A stretch of DNA of 64,000 bases, from the NCBI RefSeq assembly GCF_009914755.1, contig NC_060935.1, one strand, 5' to 3'. The position numbers were made by a program, and so were the translations under genes. The notes beneath the pieces were generated by a model that was not told where the DNA came from, ran no database searches, and saw only the letters and a list, made by a program, of their open reading frames with translations. Each line of letters begins with the position of its first letter. Positions within the stretch are counted from its first letter, which is position 1. The DNA is from the human T2T-CHM13v2.0 reference genome, Homo sapiens. This document shows, piece after piece, positions 53,531-64,000 of this stretch.

Positions 53531-56525
53531 CTAGAAAGCAGGAGAGAAGGCAGAAAAGGAAGGAACCAGACACAAAGCACAAACTTCAGAACCAGGGTGG
53601 ATTGCCCAAGGCCAGGCCCCAAGGATTATGCAACAGTCCTGCTGTGGGCTCTGACCCCCTCCCATGGCCCCTCCCCTTCCTGCAGCAGCTGGGTCAGGCC
53701 AGCCTAGGGTTGCAGTTAAAGGAACTGTGCAGTGACCAAAGGGCCTCTGATTGCTGTCCCCTACCTCCAGACTTACAGTGTCTTCACTGGGTGACTTCAT
53801 GAGAAACCTGTTTAAAATGTGGACTCCCACTCAGGGACCAGCTGATGGTGCAGCCTAAAACATTCCCTTTCCTAAGGGTTACCTTAGCAAGGTCCTTTTC
53901 GAATCCCAAGGGAATTGACATGAGTGGGAGAATGCCAACTGGCAGCTGGGTTGATATTTTACATAGGAACAAATGATGTGTTACCACCCAATCTATTCAG
54001 ATAGACAGGATATGAACACGGTCACAGAATGAACACTATCTGTAGCATAGCTTTGTTGTGAAAATTAAAGAACATCATGTAGTGCTTGGCACTAGACACT
54101 GCACATACGGTGGTTGTTTTTGTAGAGCAAGGCTGGAAGGGCCTTCAGAGCCCATCTAGGCTATATGCCCTCACTTTACGGTGAAGGAAATGGAAACCAG
54201 GGGAGTTGTCCCAGCTCAGCTGCTCCTTGTGTGACTTTGGACATAAGACTTCCCTTTTCTGGGCCTCAGCTTCTGTCCGCATCTGTAAAATGAAGGGGTC
54301 TCAGTTGGTTCTAACGTCCTGTGATGATACGAATCATGAAACCATGCTGTGAGACCATGGGAAGTTGGAGAGGCTGATGGGAGAGGCATTTTGGGGGCTT
54401 TCTAGAGCTTCTCAAATCCCAAGATAGAGAAGGCTGTGGACCTCTTCCTCACAGGTTAAGATGCTTCTGAGCCCTGGGACTGACTGACATCTAATATCCC
54501 AGTCGAGCCAAACTGAGAGATTTACTCATTTTTCCTCTTCACAGCTCACCTGCCAGGATGATCTAGCCTGAGGAGGGGATAGACTCTGCAGAAGGTGGGG
54601 GAAGGGGACAGTGTGGAGGGTAGGGTGGGCTTTGAGGCAGGGTTCCATGAGGGGAATAAAGATTCATGAGACCTTTCATGCCTCAGGGTCTCTCTGAATA
54701 GACTAGGATGTTTGTGCTTCTGACAGGAGGAGGAAAGGGGCCATAGTTCCACATCTCTAGGTGCTGGGTTTGTATGGGAGGGAAGGCTGGGGTGCCAGGG
54801 CCTCCTGTCTGCGTTAGGAGAGGCAGAAAGCTGATGAAGGCACAAGTTGGTTCTCTATGGGGCTCTGGGGCTGCCTCTGGGGCTCAAGCTGGGGACTGGC
54901 AGTCAGCAACAGGGGAGTTTTGCCACTGTTTCTGAGCTCCTTGGCTTCCCTGTCCAGGAGAGTCCCTGATTACTGAGATCCTTGGATGGGGGAGATGGAG
55001 CTCCTGCCCTGGAGAGGTCTTGCCTTGAAATAGAAGATAGGCCAGTGAGGAAGGAAGGTGAGCAGATGGCCAAGCTGAGAGGGACTTTAAGGATCATCTA
55101 GAATCTAGATTCCAGGCCAACCCCTCCATTTCGTAGATGAGGAAACTGAGGCTCAGAAGGGAGAAGTGACTAGTCCAAAATGACATGGCCCATAAATGGC
55201 AGCACTCAGACAAGAACCCAGGTGTTTGGGCTACTGTTCAGGTGCTCTTTCCACTACAAATGGCAGTGTTTCCTCACACCTAAGCTTCACATCACACCAG
55301 ACACAGCCTGTTAGTGTCATGGGGCATCATCTCCTCTAACTTCGTCACTATGGCCTTTTCATGCACCACAGATTCTCGCCAATCTTAGTCAATGATCCAG
55401 TGAGATGGAGGTTGGTAAGCTTGGGAGGAGGAGTTAGACTTCGTTTATGCTCTCATCTTCCATGCACCCCACTGCTCCAGACCTACTCCTGATTCCCCAG
55501 ATGAGCCAGGTTCACTCTCTGTTCCTGCTATTTCCCATACATTCACAGGTTCTCACAAACTGCACTTGCCTTACACTTGTCCAACCCCTAACTTGGAAGT
55601 TGGGGAATAAAGCTGTGATCTGAGGGATGAACTGGGGATCTTAGTGGGGTTTTCATTCAGGTTGCTCTGGGGAAAAGTGAAACTCTACCCTTGGGTCTTT
55701 CTTTCCCGTCACTCCGTTTCAGCTACTCTTTCAGAATGAGCGTCTTCAGTGTCTGGAAATGAAGTACAGAGAGGTAGGTAGAAAAAGTCACATAAAGCAG
55801 GTAGGTGATCCAAAGACAGTTCCTGGGGTGCACAGTTTTACCACTGTCCCCTTGGTGGTCTTACCACTCCTGTGGATTGGAGAGCTGGTGGAGTGGGAGA
55901 GGAGTTGAAGGAGTAGCCCTTAGCATCCAGTTGGAAGGACAAAGGAATAGAATCTGAGCTGGAAGAGATCTTCATGATCATGTTGTTGGTGCAACCCCCT
56001 CATTCAACCAGTGGGAAAATAGACCCTCCTCCCCAAGGGAATCACCTGCTTAAGGTCTCACAGCTCAGTAGTGGCAGAGTTGGAGCCAGAAACCAAGTAT
56101 CTTGACTTCCCCTCCACAGACCTTTCCACTATAAGTTCCCTTCTGCCAGTAGGGCAGACTCTAAACTCTTCTGATTACCACTGAAGCTCCTTGAAATGTG
56201 ACTCTGACACTGGCCTCATCTCCCCACAGCTCTTTTCAGTGGCCTGCACCCATGACACTGAAGTACAGGCCACTCTCCAAATATTCCTTGCACTTGCACA
56301 TCTCTTGCCTTTGCTCATGCTGTTTTCTTAAACAAGAATGCCCTTCCTCTTTTTACCTGCCTGGCAAACTCCTACTCATCCTTCAAGACCCAACTCCAAT
56401 TCATCTCTGCAGACCTTCTCCTGGGACTCCTCCTTCCTCACTCCCTAGCCAGTTAGTCTCTCCCTCTTGTTTTTTCCCAAAAGTGCTTTGCACGAAGGCT
56501 TATTAGAGCACTATACTGTACTGAA

Positions 56526-56529
<4 letters not shown>

Positions 56530-56563
<34 letters not shown>

Positions 56564-56584
56564 TGTGTGTATGTGTATGTGTGT
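56530..56584. repeat. (GT)n microsatellite in intron 1 (another in intron 2 at ~52726-52752)
   Basis: Direct reading. Confidence 0.95.
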
Positions 56585-58539
56585 AACTGTGCGCTTTAAG
56601 GTAAGAGGGCAGGGTCCTGTGCCTCATACATTTCTTTATTTCCCAGCCCTGATACCTAGCAGGCATTCAAGAATAAATGAATCAATGCCTCTTCTCTAAG
56701 AGCATTCCCCCGCTCTGGCACACGCACATACATTCATGAAAACAGTTTACAATATTTAAAAAGCAACCTCCAGGGCAGGGCAAAACAGATTTCATTTGGT
56801 CTGGGGAAGGGATGGCTCAAAGAAAAGAAGCCATCTCAGTCAGGTGGGGTGAGTCAGAGGAGGAAGAATTCTAAGCCTTCTTTGGAAGCCCAGATGCTCC
56901 CTGCACCTGGACCCCATTCAATCCAAAGGGCAAACATTCTTGGCCTCAAAACACCAGCAATGGCTTTGCAACCCTCTTCCCTGTGTACCTACCCAGGGTG
57001 TGGCCACATACACCCACCCACTGCACACACACACACAGTCCAACTCCCCAGTCCCTCAGCCTGTGATCTTGCCGTTCAAGTGTTCCTTTCATGATTCTAA
57101 TCTTGGCTGTATGCTTGGCTCTGTGTCCTTGAGCACTGCATTTACTTCCTCTGAACCTCATCTATAAGATGGGGATAATGATCCCTGCCCTGCCTACCAC
57201 ACATGAGAACTAGAGGAGACAAGAGATGGGAATGTTTTAGAAATTGCAAACATACAAGATAATTATCAGGCAGGCTGGTCACACTGTTTTCCTTTTCTGT
57301 CTCCACATCTTTCCTTTCCCCCCATATTACCAAGAACAACCATCTCTGTGTCTCCTTTCCCACTCCAGGTCTCCTAGCCTCAGAAGCAGCCAGGAGGTTC
57401 TTATTATTCTTCTTGATTCCCAGGAACCTCACCTTCTCCAGAAGCCTTCCTGTTTCCTACCCTCTATGATCATTCCCGCAGTCCCTTATCATTGAGGGGT
57501 ACCATTCTGTAGTCCTGTAGCTGGTGGAGAACACATCAGAGGGGGAATCAGGAGACCTGGGTTCCTGCCCCTACTAGGCCAACACGTCTAGCCGTGCGTT
57601 TTGGTTAAGTAACTTTATCACTCTAAGTCTATATCCCTCTAGGCCTCATTTTCCTCATCAGTAAGATGGAGTTTCTTGTCTTGCTTCCCTCTTAGAAGGT
57701 ATTTTGAGCACTCGCACATTAAGTTTATGGATGTGCTTTGAGACGTATAGACTGAGTGAGGGATGGAGAAGGTGATGGTTATCATCTCAAGGAGTCAAGA
57801 AAATCTGAAAGCAGCTTCTAGGCCCCCAGCATGGGTCTTCCTCCATCAGGAACAGACAAAGTGGACGGATGCAAGGAAATAAGGAGGAGCTCACACGTTT
57901 ACAACATGCCTTTGTAGGTGAAGTGGAGAGAGCCCTGGGCTAGGACTGAGGAAACTTGGGTTCTAATTCTGTTTGGTCTCTGTTGTAACCTTAGGTAAAT
58001 CATCTCCCCTGGGGCATCAGTTTCCCTATATGCAAATTAGTGGAGAGGATTTTAGGAGGGATACTCTGGTGGGCTTTCACGCAAGAACTAAACTCATTTA
58101 TTTTCGAGATAAGAGACTCTGAGGTCCAATCCCCCTTTCCCCTTCTGTCCCATGGGGTATGCAGGCAACAGGAGCAGGAGGCCCGTTTTACAAATGGTGG
58201 CCCAGGAAAAGCGAGCACAAGGCGCAGAGCTGAGGGATGACTGCCCGGGTTTACACAGCCTGTAAACTAGAACTCAAGTCTCCCGACTCCCAGCCTCGAC
58301 CTATGTTACTGGCAGCAGAAGATGCTTTTGGGAGTCACCAGGTTTCCCGGGACTAGGTCAGACAGGGTGAAGGACACAGTGAGGTGTAGAGGGAATGGGC
58401 AAGTCAGCTCCGCAGAGCCGGTGGCTCCAGCCAAATGAGACTGTGCTGGGTCCTGAAATGTCGTTTCTGCGTGTGCACTGGCTGCCAGCTGCAAGTGTTC
58501 GCTTGCACGTCTGTGGGTGTGGAGGAACTTTTCTTGTGG

Positions 58540-59280
58540 CCGTCTTGAGGGCTGGGAATAACGGCGCAAGTCCCCACGGTTTCCAGACGGGGAGCGCAGA
58601 GCCCAGCTCCCTACTCCCACATGCTGCTCCACGATCACTGCGCTCGGGAGGATCGGGGAGGATCCGGGAGGACTAGCTTGGTATTTGCAGCGCCCACCCC
58701 TCCCCCACTCCCCCTCGGTTCCACAGTCTCACGGAGAGCGCGCCGTGGCCCTTGGAAGGGAGGCGGGAAGACCCCTCATTTCCACCCCAGGCCGCAGCTC
58801 AGCCTTCCCAGCTGGGTGGGTGCCTTACCTGCCTCTCAGCAAGGCTCCGGGGCGCCCGTTTGCTCGCTGGACACGGCGCCCTCTGACCGAGGGTGGCCCA
58901 AGCGCTGCGACCCTGTGCATTCCACCAGCCCCGTTCCACTCCGCGGGTGCCCAGCACCGCCCAGCGCGCTCTCTGGCTCTGGGCTCCCACCCGCGCTCGG
59001 CTCCCTTTTCCCTCCCCCGGGCGTCCCCTCCCCCTGCCCCGCCCGGGCCCCAGCACACCCACTTCTCCCCGGGCTGGCCTGGAGTGCCTCCGCCCAGCTC
59101 CTTGGCCTCCCCCGGCTGTGGGCTCCGACCCTTCCGTCCCCTGCAGCGCCTGCTTCCTGGACCAGAGACCGAAAGCCTCTCGCTCCGCTGGGCCTCAGCA
59201 AGCCCAGCATGAGGCCGATCTCCAGGAGTCGGTTTTGCTCCAGTGTGGCTGTGTGGTGGTGGGCGAGTCGCTGCCCCTCA
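58540..59280. promoter_or_regulatory. CpG island / KCNE3 promoter with GC boxes
   Basis: High GC and CpG density relative to the rest of the window; GC boxes (cccgccc, ctccgccc) around exon 1; no obvious TATA box. Confidence 0.9.
58829..59040 (-). other. KCNE3: KCNE3 exon 1 (5'UTR; TSS approximate)
   Basis: Donor GAGAGGCAG|GTAAGG on the minus strand at 58829/58828 inside the CpG island; sequence agrees with recalled KCNE3 mRNA 5' end. Confidence 0.85.
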
Positions 59281-60439
59281 CTGGGCCTTGGCCTGGCTGT
59301 AAAGTTGGTACAGTTCCTCCATGCATTCTTCACAGGCTTATGGTTGAGGTCAGATGAGACCTTTGAGTCCAAAGTATTAAAACCAAAGGGTCAACAGCAA
59401 AATAATATGATTCTTACACAAACTCTTTTCCACACAGGACGCAGAGGCCCAGTTGGAGAAGGGATTTGCCCAGGTAGCAGAGCCCAGACCCAAAATCCAC
59501 TACACACCCCTCTGTCTCTGAGTAGCACCAGCAAATGTTTCCTCCACCAAGCCTCAAAAGTTCGTGACAGTGCCTGACCAACTTGTGTTCAGCCGCACCT
59601 TACTCATCTCTGTCCCAGAACAGTTTATTTTCCCACCACCATGCCCTCACTCAAACTGTTGTTTCCTTGCTGGTGACATTGCAGGCTTCAGAGAACTGGG
59701 GCAGCCGGGGCAGCTGAGGAATAAGAGCCAGGAGGCTAGTGGCAGAGGAAGGGACAGTTGCAGAGAATTTCTCCGGGGGACCCTGTGGGGTGCCCTTTTA
59801 CCAGCTCACTGCCTCAGAATAATTAATAACAGCCTCAGGCCAGCTCTTTCACTCCCTTGCAAAGGTCTGCTCCAGGATATCTGAAGCACATACTCTCAAT
59901 TACAGAATCCCAGAATATATCTAAGAAGTGCTATCGTTTTAAAAAGACCTACTACAAGGTGGGTATATTGTATATTGTATACAATATACAAGGTGGGTAT
60001 ATTGTACCCACCTTGTTTTGACCCTACTATTCCTTTTTCTCAGTCTGGAGATCACCTCTCAGAAAAGTCATCCTAATCACCTAAGCATGCAATCTCAGTT
60101 TCCTTCCTTCCTTCCTTTCTTTCTTCCTTCCTTCCTTCCTTCCTTCCTTCCTTCCTTCCTTTAGACAGGATCTCACTGTGTCACCCAGGCTGGAGTGCAG
60201 TGGAGTGATTATGGCTCACAGCAGCCTTGAACTCCTGGGCTCAGGTGATCCTCCTCCCTTAACCTCCTGAGTAACTGGGACACACCACTATGTCTGGCTA
60301 ATTTTTGTATTTTATAGAAATTGGGTTACTCCATGTTGCCCAGGCTGATCTCGAACTCCTGGGCTCAAGTGACCTGCACACCTCCACCTCCCAAAGTTCT
60401 GGGATTACAGGCATGAACCACTGTGCCCATCCTGCAACC

Positions 60440-60605
60440 TCAGTTTTCAATCTGCCTAAGAATCCCCTGGGGAGCTTGTTTTACTAAGTAGACTTTTGGG
60501 CTCCACTCCAGAGGTTCTAATTCAGGAAATCTGGAGTAGAGCCTAGAAATCAGCATTTTCAAACAAGATTTCCAAATGACTCTGATGCAAATGGTTCTTG
60601 AGACT
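60440..60605. mobile_element. MER5A (another copy, split by an Alu, at ~17994-18304)
   Basis: gaatcccctggggagcttgtt..ggctccactccagag..tctggagtagagcctagaaatcagcattttcaaacaag..tgactctgatgc. Confidence 0.75.
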
Positions 60606-61384
60606 AGCCATGAGGAAGCAGTCCTGGCTTGGTCAGGGTTCTTTCTCAGATCCTGCCCACGGCCTTGCATTTACTCTGTAGGACTGTCTATGACAGTTAT
60701 AGAAAGTAACCATTTGTCCACCCCATCTGCTAGGTTGTGAGTTCTTTGAAGATAGGGATTGTCTTTTGTTCTAATAAAATCTTAGAACCAAAGTCTTAGA
60801 ATCATATCATCTTAGGGTTCTGGAATGTAAATTGGAAGAACTCTCAAGAGTTTCCTAGTCAAATCCCTCATGAGCCTAACAGATTCTCCCATTTCTTTAT
60901 TTTTGGAAACATATCACCCAGGCTGGAGTGCAGTGGTGTGATCTCAGCTTACTGCAAACTCTGCCTCCCAGGTTCAAACAATTCTTGTGCCTCAGCCTCC
61001 TGAGTAGCTGGAATTACAGGTGTACCACCACACCCAGCTAATTTTTGTATTTTTAGTAGAGACGGGGTTTTGCCATGTTAGCCAGGCTGGTCTCGAACAC
61101 TTGACCTCAAGTAATCTGCCCGCCTTGGCCTCCCGAAGTGTTGGGATTACAGGTGTGAGCCACCACACTCTGCCTCTATTTCATTTTTGAAATGAGGCTA
61201 TCCAGCTTCTCTTGCACACCTCTAGGGAGCTCAATGCCTGCAAGGCAGCCAGACAGCTCTGATTGTTAGGATGTTCTCACATTTTAACAAAAACTGCTTC
61301 CTGTTGACTTCTACCCTTTGGTCCTTGCACCCATTGGAGACATGAAATAGAAGTCTGATCTGTGTTCCCTTTTACAGTCTTTCA

Positions 61385-61681
<297 letters not shown>

Positions 61682-61785
61682 TCAAGAAAAAAAAAATTTG
61701 CTGGGCGTGGTGACTCACGTCTGTAATCCCAGTACTTTGGGAGGTGGCGGATCACGACGTCAGGAGTTCAAGACCAGCTTGCTCA

Positions 61786-62012
<227 letters not shown>

Positions 62013-64000
62013 CTACTCCCCCTTCTCTGGGGTGAGGATAAGGCAGCAACCATGTCAGGGAAGGCAGCTGGCCATTGGAAAGGGGGCTGAGCTGCCTCAT
62101 GTTCCCCACCTGTGCCCTGGAGCCTTGCCAGCAGGCTTAGATGAAGTGATGCGTTTAATATGCCTGGAGCCGGGCCTAGCATGAGGCATAGGCTTAATAA
62201 ATGGCAGCTTCTATTGTCACTGGATGAGAAAGAGCAGGAGGAAACAGAGTTCCTGTCTCTGGGGATCTCTAGTCTGACAGGGACTTCAAGGAGCTCCCTA
62301 ATCCAAAGACATTGGAGACATGGCCCTGACCCTGGGAAGATGGGGGAGTGGGGTGGATGGAATTTGAGGGTAGGATGAGCTGATTGAAGGGATGAGGGGA
62401 AGACTCACCTAGAGACATGCCACAAACAAGTCTTGGCTTAAATGTTACCTTCTTGGTGAGGCCTTCCCTGAGCATCCAATCTATAAATGCTAATTCCTCC
62501 CTTCTCCTGCCTCCCTACCTCCATCCCCTGCCTTGTTTTTCAGTAACACCTTAACAGATGATTCTGATATATTTCACTTACTTAAAAAAAAAAGTCTTTT
62601 GTTGTTGTTCTTGCTGCATCTTCAACTGAGGCCCACAGCTCCCGCTGCCCTCAGCCCTATCTTAGAGCTCTCCCTGAGTCTGGATTCCTGTAACCACCTC
62701 CTTCTCTTTCCTCTTCAGTCCTAGGGGTGGTAGTGATGCCCAGGTGCTTTCAGCTCCAGGATACCTCACAACCCCTGTGGTTTCCCCACTCCCTGCCCAT
62801 CTCTGAATAGAGCCTTCTTGAATTATCCATATGAGATGGCCATCTTCTTCCTGCAGGACCTGGCTGGCACAGAAGCCCACTTTCTCTGCTCCTACAGCCC
62901 CTCGGGCTTTCCTCTCACACAGCACTTACCATTCTGTGTTACAATTGTCTCCTCTATCGGTTGACTCCACACCTAGAACATAAATTCATTGAGGGCACTA
63001 AGCCATTCCCAGCACCAAGCCTAGCACAGAGGAGATCTTAGTAAAAATTTGTTGAATATATGAGTGAGTGAATAATGGTCATGAGAGGGAAGATCCCTAG
63101 GAATTATGTTATCAGAGAAAGCTTCCAAGAAGAGATAGAACCTGAGAGAGCCTCAAAGGTCAGTAGGAGACTTTTTCAACCTCTGGGCCAAACCTTTCCT
63201 CTGAGCATCGAACTCCCATATCCAACAACCTCCCTGATGTCTCTGTTTGGATAATGTGGGGACTGGGACTCTTGACTTCTTTCCCTTTCACTTTCCTATG
63301 TCTCAGTCAATGGCACCATCATCCATCCAGTTCCCTGTTTGTTTTCTTCATAGAACTCAACCCAATCTTCTGTTTATCTGTTTGGGGCCTGCCTTTCCCA
63401 TTGGACTGGAAGCGCTATGAGAACAGAGACCAGTTGTTTCTTTTCCACCTTGGTATCCCTTGAGTTACATCTTGATTTTTCAGTAACGCCTAACCAGATG
63501 ACTCTGATATATTTGATGTTCCTAACTTAAGGTCTAGGAAGTGGGGGGAAAATGTTGAGAGGTAGGGTGAGTGTGGATGGTACCTGTCAACAGTTTCAGA
63601 AGACTGGGTCACCAGGGGGAAATGCAGTGTGACTCACAGAGGAAGTTTCACAGTCACATCAAGTTACTTTATTCTATTATTCATGAGGAGCCCGTGTCTG
63701 TGCCTTCAGGGTCTTATCTCCTCCTGGCTTGTCAGTTTGGTCCTTAATCCCTTGCATTCCCCAAATCTGAAATGCTACAGCCCAGAAATCAGCTCGTTCC
63801 CTCTTCTCTATCCCCTCTTCTTCTCTCTCTTCCAAATCCCTCTCTAAGGGGAGTGCTACATCCTTCTCACTGATGTGTTTATGAGGTGTCTGAAGATGTG
63901 CGTCTCATTCTGATTCCAACAGCAAATATTCATCTTTGGCGGAACTACTTGTCCTCTCTGGACCTGTTTCCCTCTCTGCACAGGATGGTGTGAGACTGTC

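Noticed and set aside
58621-59577. 318-aa plus-strand ORF and overlapping ORFs at the promoter
   Set aside because: Non-ATG or weak starts, P/A/G/S-rich low complexity and openness in several frames are typical of stop-poor CpG islands; no recognisable domain.

Overview
Primate (almost certainly human) genomic DNA containing the complete KCNE3 (MiRP2) gene on the minus strand. From recall this is the 11q13.4 interval between PGM2L1 and LIPT2; neither neighbour is visible here. KCNE3 has a CpG-island exon 1 (~58829-59040), a 149-nt 5'UTR exon 2 (53382-53530) and exon 3 (~46255-49035), which holds the 103-aa CDS and a long 3'UTR with a head-to-head Alu pair. The first ~46 kb is repeat-dense intergenic DNA: Alus including a near-consensus AluYb8, old L1 fragments, MaLR/ERVL LTRs, MER DNA-transposon relics, MIR/L2 and microsatellites. 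Nearly all supplied ORFs are Alu/LTR/GC artefacts. The main hidden feature, absent from the ORF track, is a decayed, intronless K50 PRD-class homeobox pseudogene resembling the embryonic TPRX family at ~26360-27020 (minus strand). Other highlights: exon 2 inclusion turns an exon-1 AUG from a 44-aa in-frame N-terminal extension into a 41-aa uORF; a MaLR LTR is flanked by a 67-bp duplication instead of a 5-bp TSD; and there are several local template-switch/duplication scars. Repeat subfamily names and homolog comparisons come from memory of consensus sequences, not searches, and repeat boundaries are approximate.
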